Below are positions 35,876 to 45,788 of a stretch of 56,092 nt of DNA, piece by piece. A model generated the notes under the pieces. The model saw nothing but the letters and a program-made list of their open reading frames with translations. It was not told the origin of the DNA and made no database searches. This stretch comes from Candidatus Geocrenenecus sp. JGI 0000106-J15 (GTDB lineage Archaea > Thermoproteota > Nitrososphaeria_A > Caldarchaeales > Wolframiiraptoraceae). Position 1 is the stretch's first letter. Every line of letters begins with the position of its first letter. The stretch spans positions 1 to 56,092 of the forward strand of contig ASPF01000006.1 of assembly GCA_000405685.1 (NCBI GenBank), written 5' to 3'. Position numbers and translations under genes: made by a program.

Positions 35876-37183
35876 ATGCCCCAGCTCTGGACGGAAAAAT
35901 ATAGACCAAAAAAGGTAGCTGAGGTAGTCGGTAACCAAGACTCAGTGAAAACCTTCATTGAATGGATGAAGAGCTGGGAGATGGGAAAACCTTCTAAGAA
36001 GGCTGCACTACTTTATGGACCTGCAGGGGTAGGTAAGACAAGCTTAGTATTAGCTTATGGGAGAGAATATGGATATGATGTAATTGAAGTTAACGCTAGC
36101 GATTGGAGAAATGAAGAGAAGATGAAATCGATAGTCGGAGAATCATCTCAATATGCTTCATTGGATGGATACTCGAGAAAGATAATACTAGTAGATGAAG
36201 TAGATGGGATAGCAGGTAGAGAAGATGCTGGAGGAATATTAGCTTTAAGAAAGATAATTAGTGAAACAAGAGTACCCATAGTGATGGTTGCAAATAATCC
36301 ATGGGATCAGAAACTAGCATCTATTAGAGAGCAATCATTAATAATAGAATTCAAGAGACTAAGTAAGACTGCACTTATTAAGAGGTTAAGAGAAATCTGT
36401 GAAAAAGAAGGGATAAATGTTTCAGACGAACTATTGAGCAAGCTTGCGGAGAGGTCAGAAGGAGACTTGAGGTCAGCTGTAATGGATTTACAGGCAGTTG
36501 CAGCTGGAAAAAATACTCTTACTGAAAAAGACTTAGAAGTGTTAGGAGAGAGAAATAGGGTTAGAGAAATATTTGAAGCTTTAAGATACATCTTCTATGC
36601 GAAATCTATTAGAGGTGCTAGAGCTGCTATAGAAGGCTTAGAGCTTGAGCCTAAGACAATCTATACTTGGGTACTTGATAATGCTCCTACACAAATAACC
36701 GATCTAGATGAGCTAGCTGAAGCTTTTGATTTACTTGCAAGAGCTGACATATATTTTGCGAGGATAGAGAAGCTTCAAATGTGGAGATTGATGAAATATG
36801 CTATTCCATTAATGACTGGAGGGGTTGCAGTAGCGAGAAGAACACCACCTAAGGGTTTTCAGAAATTTACTTTCCCCCATAAGATTAGACTCCTCCAACA
36901 ATATAAGAATGAAAGAGAGATTAGACAGAGTATAGCAATGAAGATTGCATCTAAGCTTCATCTTTCAAAATATAAAGCAAGCAAGGATGTGCTCCCCTAC
37001 ATCGGCTTCCTAATATCCCGTACATATGGATCAAAACCTAGAATAACTGAATACTTTGAATTTACAATAGAAGAGGTTGAATACTTAAATAAAATATATG
37101 GTAGAGTAGAAGAAGAGAAAACTGAGATTAAAGATGTAAAAGTGGAGAAACCTGTAAAGCATTCTAGAAGAAAGTCTCGATAA
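35876..37183 (+). CDS. rfcL: Replication factor C large subunit
   Basis: 'WTEKYRP', 'GPAGVGKTS', 'LVDEVDG' and a basic C-terminal tail. Confidence 0.9.
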   Translation: MPQLWTEKYRPKKVAEVVGNQDSVKTFIEWMKSWEMGKPSKKAALLYGPAGVGKTSLVLAYGREYGYDVIEVNASDWRNEEKMKSIVGESSQYASLDGYSRKIILVDEVDGIAGREDAGGILALRKIISETRVPIVMVANNPWDQKLASIREQSLIIEFKRLSKTALIKRLREICEKEGINVSDELLSKLAERSEGDLRSAVMDLQAVAAGKNTLTEKDLEVLGERNRVREIFEALRYIFYAKSIRGARAAIEGLELEPKTIYTWVLDNAPTQITDLDELAEAFDLLARADIYFARIEKLQMWRLMKYAIPLMTGGVAVARRTPPKGFQKFTFPHKIRLLQQYKNEREIRQSIAMKIASKLHLSKYKASKDVLPYIGFLISRTYGSKPRITEYFEFTIEEVEYLNKIYGRVEEEKTEIKDVKVEKPVKHSRRKSR

Positions 37184-37226
37184 AATAGAAAATGCTTGAA
37201 AATTATTGTTTAGTTTTTCACCTTTC

Positions 37227-38399
37227 TTAGTATTTTGTTTGTTTACTTGGTAGAAGAGGTTTTAGCTCCTTCTTTAATATGGATGTAGGTATGCCTGGTA
37301 GAGAAATGTAGGATTTCCTACCTTTAGAACCTTCACTTATAACTCTTATCTTGATTATCCCAAGGTCATCAAGGACTTGTAGTGCCTCCCAGAAACTTGT
37401 ATATGATTTAGGTTCAACGCCGTATTCTTCACAAACCATTTTATAATAATCATTTAGCATACTTGAAGTAACATATGCAGACTTTTCAACTTCTAAAGCC
37501 TGAGCTAAAGCTAATAGTATAAGCTTAGAATGTTGTTCAAGAAACTCTAAGTGTTCTCTCCTTATGGTGGGGTAAACGCTTGCAGCAGCTTTCCTTACGT
37601 GTTCAGGAGCGACTTGAGAAGCATTCTCAGCCTCAGCATATTTTCCAGCCCTCCATAATATGTCTAAAGCATATCTAGCATCTCCTCTCTCACCTGCAAT
37701 ATCTGCAATCAAGTGTACTGCATCTTCCATTACTACATCTGGTCTAAAAGCTAGAGCTGCTCTATATTTTATAATATCATATAGTTGGGTATAATCATAT
37801 TCTCTTAGATGGATGATGTTTCCTAGAAGACTGCTCCTTGTACTTGCATCAAGTGTATCAAGTATCTCAAGATTTCTGAATATGAATATAGTAGATATTC
37901 TCGGAATCTTTGATCTTTCTTCTCCTACTCTAGAGAATAGGTAAAATGGTTCAGAACCTTCTTCTCTTAAAAGCATCTCAACCTCGTCTAGGACTAAGAT
38001 AGCATAAGATCCTTTATAATCGAGGTAATCTAGAAATTTATGGAAGAGCTCTTCATTTGACAGCCCCCTCTCAGGTAGTCTAGCCTTTAATTGCTCTATC
38101 AGCTTCCTCAACACCGAGAAGGCAGTTCTACTTATCCTACAATTTACATATAGAAACTTTAAGTCGACTCCTTTCTTTAAAGCTTCTGAAATAGCTTTCT
38201 GCCCAAATAATTTCACCAGTGCACTCTTACCTGTGCCGACAGATCCCGAAACAATAACTCTAGTAGATATCGATGGTGATCCATCAATAATACTACTGAA
38301 AAATATCTTTAACATGTTCAGCTCATTTTCACGATGTGGAAGATTGGGGGGAACATACTCTGGTGAAAGCTTTTCTTCATCTTTGAATATCTTCATCAC
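37227..38399 (-). CDS. cdc6: Orc1/Cdc6 replication initiator
   Basis: 'PPNLPHRENE', Walker A 'GSVGTGKSA', Walker B 'VLDEVE', and a C-terminal winged-helix-like region. Confidence 0.9.
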   Translation of the reverse strand: MMKIFKDEEKLSPEYVPPNLPHRENELNMLKIFFSSIIDGSPSISTRVIVSGSVGTGKSALVKLFGQKAISEALKKGVDLKFLYVNCRISRTAFSVLRKLIEQLKARLPERGLSNEELFHKFLDYLDYKGSYAILVLDEVEMLLREEGSEPFYLFSRVGEERSKIPRISTIFIFRNLEILDTLDASTRSSLLGNIIHLREYDYTQLYDIIKYRAALAFRPDVVMEDAVHLIADIAGERGDARYALDILWRAGKYAEAENASQVAPEHVRKAAASVYPTIRREHLEFLEQHSKLILLALAQALEVEKSAYVTSSMLNDYYKMVCEEYGVEPKSYTSFWEALQVLDDLGIIKIRVISEGSKGRKSYISLPGIPTSILKKELKPLLPSKQTKY

Positions 38400-38465
38400 T
38401 ATAATGTAGTTGAAAACGGATACATATAAGTTAAGCTGATGTCAACAGCACCTTAGTGAGGTCTT

Positions 38466-39431
38466 CTACTTGGTTAGATATTTCCACGATAAGATTATGC
38501 CTACTGTTGTTAGAAGTATAGCGAAGACTGTTAGATATGTGAAATCTATTAGTAGAGTTGCGTAGTTCGTTTGATAGATCGTGAGTTGGCGGAGAGCATC
38601 TGTGATATAGCTTACAGGATTTATGGATGCGATACCTTGAAGCCATTCAGGCATCATCCTAGTTGGAAAGAATGCATTGCTAGTAAACATTAATGGTAGA
38701 TTGAATAGGTTTACTACCGCCATCTGTGTCTCATGTCTTGTAGATCTTAGAGCAAAAGCTAGGAAGAGCGATGATATACCCATTGAGAAGAGGAAGATCG
38801 CTAGATAGATTGCTAGTATATTTAGTAAACTAAACGTTGAACTAAATCTTATCCCTAAGATTGCCGCTAAACCAAGAATTATAGTAGATTGGAAGATTGA
38901 ACGTAAAGCTGCATTAAAGACTTTAGACAACACTATTGCCGACCTCGGAACAGGTGTACTTAACACCTTATATAGAAATCCAAGTCTTCTATCCCATACG
39001 ATAGACATACTAGAGAAGGTTGAGGTAAATATTGTTAGCATAGAGATCATTCCTACAGCTAGATAACTAAAGTAGTCGGAGACACCGAAGGTCGACTCCA
39101 TTGCTTTCAGACTAATTGTTGGGAAGATACTTCTAAGATTTTCGGAGAGTACAAAACTTGGTATGGTTACTACTCCATCGATCTGTGGGTTCAATAGGTT
39201 GCCAGGTATTCTTATATCTGGGATATTTATCTCGTTCAATGTACTAGTAGATAAGATTGCTCCAATATTCATTGATTTCCCGAATAGGGTCATCCATATA
39301 ATTGGTTGTATTATGGCCATGAATAGTATCAGTGGTTCCTTCATCCATTTTTTAAGCTCTCTACTTGTTAAACCCCAGAATCCCTGAAGCATTGCCTTAA
39401 ACTTAACTCCATCATTTGACTCTAACATCAT
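38466..39431 (-). CDS. ABC-2 type transporter permease
   Basis: 321 aa with six or more hydrophobic segments. 4-nt overlap with the upstream ATPase gene. Confidence 0.75.
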   Translation of the reverse strand: MMLESNDGVKFKAMLQGFWGLTSRELKKWMKEPLILFMAIIQPIIWMTLFGKSMNIGAILSTSTLNEINIPDIRIPGNLLNPQIDGVVTIPSFVLSENLRSIFPTISLKAMESTFGVSDYFSYLAVGMISMLTIFTSTFSSMSIVWDRRLGFLYKVLSTPVPRSAIVLSKVFNAALRSIFQSTIILGLAAILGIRFSSTFSLLNILAIYLAIFLFSMGISSLFLAFALRSTRHETQMAVVNLFNLPLMFTSNAFFPTRMMPEWLQGIASINPVSYITDALRQLTIYQTNYATLLIDFTYLTVFAILLTTVGIILSWKYLTK

Positions 39432-40432
39432 CTTCTCGCCCTCCTTAATGTAATTCTTTGTGACATTATTGTTTCTCGAGCCTCTTCTGAATCTCTCATA
39501 GCCCTACCAGTATATGTTAAGAAGACCTCATCTAATGTTGGCTTACTTATCGACAACTTTACAACATGATATCCTTTCTTGCTAAGATTATCGATAATTA
39601 AAGGGGCTACTATCTCTCCATTCTCTAGTCTCACTATGTATGACCTATCACTTCTCTTTTTAACTTCTTTTACATATTCTATTCTATTGATTAAGTTCGT
39701 AACATCATCTTCCTCCAAGATTATGATCTCCATAATATCGCTACCTATTGAGTTCTTTAACTCTTGAGGCGTACCCGTAATCACGATCTTTCCATGATCA
39801 ATTATAGCTATTTTATCACATAAATTATCTGCTTCCTCCATGTAATGGGTAGTCATAAGTATAGTCATATCATATTCTTCTTTCAATTTCTTAATATAGT
39901 TCCATATAGCCGATCTAGTTTGAACATCTAAACCTAGAGTAGGCTCATCTAAGAATAATACTTTAGGCCTGTTGATGAGACCGCATGCAAGCTCTAGTCT
40001 CCTCCTCATCCCTCCAGAATATGTCTCAACCTTCTTATCCTTGAACCTCGTTAACTCCATAAGCTCTAGAAGCTCCATAGCCCGCTTCTTTGACGTATCT
40101 CTAGGTATTCCATATAAGTCTCCACATAGAATTATGTTCTCGTATCCTGTAAGGTCTTCATCGGCTGTGTATTCTTGTGGAACAACACCGATCGATCTTC
40201 TCACAATACTTGCATGTTTAACCACATCGTATCCCATTATGAATGCTCTGCCTTCCGTAGGTTTTAAGACAGTAGTCAACATATTGATAGTGGTTGTTTT
40301 ACCTGCACCATTAGGACCGAGTAAGCCGAAGATCTCGCCTCTCTTAACATTGAAGGAAACATGATCTACAGCTACCAAGCTTCCATTAAAAATCTTGGTT
40401 AAGTTTTCAACTACTATAACATCCTGATTCAT
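39428..40432 (-). CDS. ABC transporter ATP-binding protein (DrrA/ABC-2 type)
   Basis: 'GPNGAGKTT', 'YSGGMRRR' and 'LFLDEPT'. Confidence 0.9.
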   Translation of the reverse strand: MNQDVIVVENLTKIFNGSLVAVDHVSFNVKRGEIFGLLGPNGAGKTTTINMLTTVLKPTEGRAFIMGYDVVKHASIVRRSIGVVPQEYTADEDLTGYENIILCGDLYGIPRDTSKKRAMELLELMELTRFKDKKVETYSGGMRRRLELACGLINRPKVLFLDEPTLGLDVQTRSAIWNYIKKLKEEYDMTILMTTHYMEEADNLCDKIAIIDHGKIVITGTPQELKNSIGSDIMEIIILEEDDVTNLINRIEYVKEVKKRSDRSYIVRLENGEIVAPLIIDNLSKKGYHVVKLSISKPTLDEVFLTYTGRAMRDSEEARETIMSQRITLRRARR

Positions 40433-40994
40433 CTTTTTCCCCCTCCATTTCCTTCTCTAATTCTTCAAGTCTGGAAGTTGCATCTTTCAAGATCGTGATA
40501 GCTGATTCGACATATTCTTTATTATCTTTTTCACGTATCTTAGCTTCAAGTTTAAAGAATGCTTGCATGAAGTTTTTTAATGCATTAATTAGCTCCTGTC
40601 TATCATCTCTGGATGTCTTATAGAAAGCTAAGTCTAGAAAGTAAGGTGCAAATAGTTTACAAGATCTAGCCATGAATGCTTTAACCTTTCTTTGTTCTTC
40701 AAGGAGTTTCATACCTTTTTCTGTTAGAGTATATTTCTTTGTACTTGTTTCATCGCTTTGAGTTTCTTTTATGTAACCTCTACTCTTTAACCACTCAAGC
40801 AGTGGATAAATCGAGCCAGGGCTAGGTCTCCATAAACCGCCACTATGTTCTTCCACCAAATCCATTATTTCAGAACCAGATCTAGGTTCTTCAGATAATA
40901 ATTCTAATACGTAGTATCTGAGTAATCCCTTAGGAGCGACAGCCATATGCTTCATCCAGTGTTTACGTCTAGCATGGTTTAGTAGAGGCCACAT
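40407..40994 (-). CDS. PadR-family transcriptional regulator
   Basis: 'LRYYVLELLSEEPRSGSEIMDLVEE...GSIYPLLEWLKSRGYI'. The start may be an internal Met (MKHM / MAVAPKG). Confidence 0.8.
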   Translation of the reverse strand: MWPLLNHARRKHWMKHMAVAPKGLLRYYVLELLSEEPRSGSEIMDLVEEHSGGLWRPSPGSIYPLLEWLKSRGYIKETQSDETSTKKYTLTEKGMKLLEEQRKVKAFMARSCKLFAPYFLDLAFYKTSRDDRQELINALKNFMQAFFKLEAKIREKDNKEYVESAITILKDATSRLEELEKEMEGEKDESGCYSS

Positions 40995-41089
40995 TTCTTT
41001 ATCGATTTCGATATCTTCATCAATATATTTAAGCCTATTTCTTCTTCAAGATTTTAGGTTTTAGGGAAATCTAAAATTTAGAAAACAGA

Positions 41090-41497
41090 TTAATCGATAG
41101 AAGTAGGAGTCTCAATTCTAACCCCGGTTAGTGGAATACATTCTACAACATCTTTAAAATCGTTATGCTGGACAATGTAGACACCGTATTCATTAACGAT
41201 ACATAATTCTTCTGAGCCACCTCTTATTTTATCGAATAAGCATATTGTATTTGATCTATTATCTAAGATCTTTACTTTTTCAAGATCTTTTAAAGCACTT
41301 ACTATGACTACTTTATTCACTGTACAGTAAGCATTGAAAGTCTTCTCTATAGAATAGAATGGAATGGTTCTACTTAGATAAGTAATATAGAAGTGAAGTA
41401 CAATCGAGGCAATGATGATCAATGCTATACCTATCAAGAATAAACCTATTTTAGCGAAATCTCTTAGAGAAGAATCTGCAAACACCTTACCCATCAA
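41090..41497 (-). CDS. Hypothetical membrane-anchored protein
   Basis: 135 aa. A single N-terminal TM segment 'IGLFLIGIALIIIASIVLHFYI'. No family recognised. Confidence 0.45.
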   Translation of the reverse strand: MMGKVFADSSLRDFAKIGLFLIGIALIIIASIVLHFYITYLSRTIPFYSIEKTFNAYCTVNKVVIVSALKDLEKVKILDNRSNTICLFDKIRGGSEELCIVNEYGVYIVQHNDFKDVVECIPLTGVRIETPTSID

Positions 41498-41690
41498 CTT
41501 GAAATCCAGCTTTGGCCTTACTTAAATCTTATTAAGAGTGATGAACTGTGTAGTCTTGAGAAGAGAGGCGGCAATAGACATACTCTAGCTTAGATTTCTT
41601 CTCAAATCTTAAGTGAATCAGATGATCCTCAATGAAAAATTACTTAAACAAGTATGAAGATTTGTTTAATCTAAAAACAAATAAAGATGT

Positions 41691-42791
41691 TTGTCATGTC
41701 TTAATGTTGTCATGAGAGTTGTTGGGATCGACCCTGGAACTAAGAGTTTTGATATATTTGGGCTAGAAGACGAAAAGATCTTCTTAGACGAATCTATACC
41801 GACTGAAGAGATAGATAGAGATCCTGATAGATTGGTGAAGCTACTTCTAGATGTAGTACCTATAGATGTCGTAGTCGGTCCATCTGGATATGGTATCTCG
41901 TTAAAACATATCTCTCAAATAACGAATGAAGACCTCTTCCAGATCGTTCTCGTTAAGGATGATGATGTAGGATTAGCTGTCCTTACTGGACTAGTAAAAC
42001 TAATAAAAAAGATGAAAGACACTAAGTTAAACATTTATCTAATACCTGGTGTTATACATCTTCCAACAATTCCAGATTATAGAAAGTTAAACGCAATTGA
42101 TATGGGCACAGCTGATAAACTATGTTGTGCAGTTCTAGCAGTCTATGATTATTCAAGAAGACATGGAATCACATATGATGAGGTTTCATTAATCTTAGTA
42201 GAGGTTGGTTTTGGATTTAATGCGGGGATAGCGATAGAGAAGGGTAGAATAGTTGATGGAATAGGTGGAAGTAAGGCAGGCTTAGGTTTCTTAACATGTG
42301 GAGGTCTAGATATGGAGGTAGCATATCTCTTAGGCTCATTCAGTAAGAACATCTTATTTACTGGAGGAGTGAAGACGATAATCGGTGATGATAAACTTAC
42401 ACCTGAAGATTTCCCAAAGGTAGCCATGATAAACGAGAGGGCTAATCTAGCCTGGGAAGCATTCATGGAAGGCATAGAGAAAATGGTTAGAGCGTTAAAG
42501 ACTTCAGTTAAGAACCCTAAAGCAGTAATTCTCTCAGGAAGATTAAGTAATATTCCTGAAATCTATAAAGAATTAGAGAATAGACTTTCAGAAATAGCTA
42601 AAGTTGAAAAGCTTGAAGGCTTCCATGCAAGAGCTAAAGCCGCTGCACAAGGAGCAGCCTTAATTGCAGATGGATTAGCTGGGGGGAGAACAAGTAAACT
42701 AATAGAACATATGAAGATAACCGAAGCAAGTGGAACAGTCTTAGACCATGTATACATTGGAGACATAAGAAGTAAATATCTTCGGAAGTAG
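41691..42791 (+). CDS. ASKHA (actin/Hsp70/sugar-kinase) fold protein, DUF1464-like
   Basis: 'VVGIDPGTKSFDIFG' phosphate-1-like motif, 'LVEVGFGFNAGIAIEKGRIVDGIGG', 'ILSGRLS'. About 360 aa, as I recall for the archaeal DUF1464 family. Confidence 0.6.
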   Translation: MSCLNVVMRVVGIDPGTKSFDIFGLEDEKIFLDESIPTEEIDRDPDRLVKLLLDVVPIDVVVGPSGYGISLKHISQITNEDLFQIVLVKDDDVGLAVLTGLVKLIKKMKDTKLNIYLIPGVIHLPTIPDYRKLNAIDMGTADKLCCAVLAVYDYSRRHGITYDEVSLILVEVGFGFNAGIAIEKGRIVDGIGGSKAGLGFLTCGGLDMEVAYLLGSFSKNILFTGGVKTIIGDDKLTPEDFPKVAMINERANLAWEAFMEGIEKMVRALKTSVKNPKAVILSGRLSNIPEIYKELENRLSEIAKVEKLEGFHARAKAAAQGAALIADGLAGGRTSKLIEHMKITEASGTVLDHVYIGDIRSKYLRK

Positions 42792-42842
42792 AAAATTAGT
42801 AAACCTAGACGTAATTAAAGTTTCAACTATTGTTAGATAAAG

Positions 42843-42943
<101 letters not shown>

Positions 42944-43106
42944 TATATATCATTAGTATCTAGGTCGTATTTTTGCTTAACTTTAAGTTTTTCCCCAGTT
43001 TTAAGTCATTTCAAAGTACTTCATAGCAGATTATCCTTGTCTACTCCATTTTCAGCCAAGTCTCTCTTAAATAAATTCAACCAGTTACAGCTATGTTATA
43101 GAGAAG

Positions 43107-43643
43107 ATGGGGGTCGAAGCCATAGTAGAATCGTTTAGGAAGCAGCTTGAGCTTGTTAAGTTAGAGTATGATAACGCTGAGAAGAAGGTTGTCTTATTGA
43201 AGGATGTTCAGAGGCTTGCTCTTCCAGGTCAAGTATTTGAAAATTTAAGGAGAGGGACTACGCTAATGATTAGTAAGTGGGCGGCAGCTAGACTCCATGA
43301 GGCAGGTATAGTTGAGTATGGAGATAAGGTTATAGATTTGAAGAGTTTAATACAACTAGAATGGAAGGAAAAGAATAATCCTGGGGAACTACAAGAGTTA
43401 CCAAGATTTTTCTATTTAATGATAAAAGAAGAAGGGGATAAACTTGACCAGAATATAAAGAACATCATAGTAGATATAATCTCATTGAGGCTGAACAAGA
43501 TACTTGGACTTGCTTCTAAAAGAATTGATACAAGCTTAGTTGAGAATCTTACAAGAGAAGAAGGGCTCTTCTATGACGTAATTAGAAGCATAATTGATGA
43601 ATGGTTGAGATCTATCTCGCCAGTAGGGATGAGGGAAAAATGA
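43107..43643 (+). CDS. GINS subunit (Gins23-like by synteny with MCM)
   Basis: 178 aa and helical. The stop overlaps the likely MCM start (ATGA at 43640..43643). A gins23-mcm operon is known from Sulfolobus. The sequence-level call is weak. Confidence 0.55.
   Translation: MGVEAIVESFRKQLELVKLEYDNAEKKVVLLKDVQRLALPGQVFENLRRGTTLMISKWAAARLHEAGIVEYGDKVIDLKSLIQLEWKEKNNPGELQELPRFFYLMIKEEGDKLDQNIKNIIVDIISLRLNKILGLASKRIDTSLVENLTREEGLFYDVIRSIIDEWLRSISPVGMREK
43327..43421. repeat. Internal source/partner of the right-terminal 95-nt inverted copy
   Basis: The reverse complement of 43327..43421 is identical to 55998..56092. This copy lies inside the intact GINS reading frame. Confidence 0.95.
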
Positions 43644-45661
43644 GTAGTATAACAAATATGGAAGATAAGATCGTGGAATTCTTTAAACAAGAAAAATACC
43701 GTTCTATAATAGCGAGATCTGCAGCTCAAAGATTAACAAGCATAGCTTTAGATTTTAATGACTTAATCATCTTTGATGAAGAACTAAGCCACCTAATTGT
43801 AAATGAACCTTTAAAGTATCTACCTTTACTTGAGAAAGCAGCATGGAATCAACTAAGAATAGAAGACCAAGAGTATGCAGGTCAAGTTAAAGAATTCAGA
43901 GTAAGAATCTACAACCTTCCTGAAGTAATCTTAATCAGAGATATTAGAGCATCTAATCTTAGAAAGCTTATCGCTATAGATGGACTAGTTGTGAGAGCTA
44001 GCTCTGTTAAACCAATAATAAAGACTGCTATCTTTAGATGTAGAGCATGCGGCGTAGAGCAGTCTATCCCGCAAGATGGGCAAAGACTAATACTGCCTGA
44101 ATCATGTAACAGCATTAAATGTAGGGGAAGAAGACAGAGATTCGACTTAATAGAAGAGAAGAGTGAATACTATGACTACCAAGTAGTTGGAGTTCAAGAG
44201 AAGCCTGAAGACCTACCACCTGGACAGCTACCAAGAAGCATAGACGTAGGGCTGAAAGGAGACTTAGTAGACAAAGCTAGACCAGGTGATAGAGTAATCA
44301 TAACAGGAATACTATATGCAGTTCAAGAGAGGACAGTTGAAGCACCATTAAAGACTTCTAAAATGTATTTAGAGGCTACAAGCATAGAAACAGCAAGCAA
44401 GGAGCCTGAAGCCCTCCAAATAACCCCTGAAGAAGAGAAAATGTTTAAAGAAATGGCCCGTGCTCCAGATATACATCAGAAACTAATAGAGAGCATTGCT
44501 CCATCCATCTACGGTCTTGAACATATCAAGAAAGCAATAATGCTACTACTCTTCGGAGGAAGAACAAAACAATTTCCAGATGGTGTAAAAGTAAGAGGAG
44601 ATATACATGTCTTACTGGTCGGAGATCCAGGAACAGGAAAGAGCCAACTACTAAGATATGCTGCACAGATTGCACCTCGAGGTCTCTACACTTCTGGAAG
44701 AGGCTCTACCGCTGCAGGTCTCACCGCCGCAGTAATACGGGATAAAGGAGGAAACATGATACTGGAGGCTGGTGCACTAGTTCTTGCAGATATGGGTGTC
44801 TGCTGTATTGATGAAATAGAAAAAATGAGACCTGAAGATAGAGTTGCTATACATGAATCGATGGCGCAGCAGACTGTTAGTATAGCTAAGGGTGGGATCG
44901 TCGCTACTCTTAATGCTAGAACGTCTATACTTGCTGCAGCAAACCCTGAGCTTGGAAGATATAATCCATATGAATCATTTACTGTTAATGTTAACCTTCC
45001 TATCACGATCTTGTCTAGATTCGACTTGATATTTGTTCTTAGAGATGAACCTATCCCAGAGCATGACCAGAAAATCGCTACACATATTCTCAGCTTACAA
45101 AGCAAGTCTACGCCACCTTCTGAGCCTCTGATAAAACCTGAGATACTGAGGAAATATATTGCATATGCTAAGAGAATTCAGCCTGAATTAACTCCCCGTG
45201 CAGCAAAACTCTTAGAGAATTTTTACCTCCAAATGAGAAGCATATATCAGCAAACCTCAACTATAGCTATTACAGCCCGCCAATTAGAATCCTTAATCCG
45301 GCTGGCTGAAGCTAGAGCTAGAGTAGCCTTAAGAGATTATGTTACAGAAGAAGATGCAATGGATGTTATTGATTTAATGAAGAAGAGTTTATCAGAAGTA
45401 GGTATAGATGTCGAGACAGGGAAACCAGACATAGATGTCATAATGACTGGAAAACCTAAAAGCATTAGAGATAAGTTTAGCATTGTTTTAAAGATCGTTG
45501 GAGAGATCCAAGATAAGAAAGGATATGTTGAAGATGCTGAACTTAGAGAAGCCTTAAGAGAATATGGAATAGACGATCAAGAGATCAGGATGATTCTAAA
45601 TAGACTACTAAGTGATGGAAAATTATTCACTCCTAAACCAGGAATATATAGGCTGACATAG
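43640..45661 (+). CDS. mcm: MCM replicative helicase
   Basis: Zinc motif 'CRACG...CNSIKC', Walker A 'GDPGTGKSQ', Walker B 'CCIDEIEKM', arginine finger 'SRFDL'. About 670 aa, so no intein. The ORF track starts at 43601; I prefer the ATG at 43640. Confidence 0.95.
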   Translation: MSSITNMEDKIVEFFKQEKYRSIIARSAAQRLTSIALDFNDLIIFDEELSHLIVNEPLKYLPLLEKAAWNQLRIEDQEYAGQVKEFRVRIYNLPEVILIRDIRASNLRKLIAIDGLVVRASSVKPIIKTAIFRCRACGVEQSIPQDGQRLILPESCNSIKCRGRRQRFDLIEEKSEYYDYQVVGVQEKPEDLPPGQLPRSIDVGLKGDLVDKARPGDRVIITGILYAVQERTVEAPLKTSKMYLEATSIETASKEPEALQITPEEEKMFKEMARAPDIHQKLIESIAPSIYGLEHIKKAIMLLLFGGRTKQFPDGVKVRGDIHVLLVGDPGTGKSQLLRYAAQIAPRGLYTSGRGSTAAGLTAAVIRDKGGNMILEAGALVLADMGVCCIDEIEKMRPEDRVAIHESMAQQTVSIAKGGIVATLNARTSILAAANPELGRYNPYESFTVNVNLPITILSRFDLIFVLRDEPIPEHDQKIATHILSLQSKSTPPSEPLIKPEILRKYIAYAKRIQPELTPRAAKLLENFYLQMRSIYQQTSTIAITARQLESLIRLAEARARVALRDYVTEEDAMDVIDLMKKSLSEVGIDVETGKPDIDVIMTGKPKSIRDKFSIVLKIVGEIQDKKGYVEDAELREALREYGIDDQEIRMILNRLLSDGKLFTPKPGIYRLT

Positions 45662-45788
45662 TTTATGCAGGCAAGTGATTGAATATTTTTCTAAATCTGC
45701 ATAATCATCTCTAATATGATCTTATCCACCATGAAGGTATTAATATGGTTTTATAGAAGTGGAAGAATGAGAAATAATTTATCTGCTA

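Noticed and set aside
38400-38465. Replication origin immediately upstream of orc1/cdc6
   Set aside because: Only 66 bp are available and I see no repeated ORB-like elements or extended AT-rich unwinding stretch there.
38431-38646. 71-aa minus-strand ORF at the 3' end of the ABC-2 permease
   Set aside because: It is out of frame within the permease gene (38466..39431), which has a coherent multi-TM translation. No independent signal.
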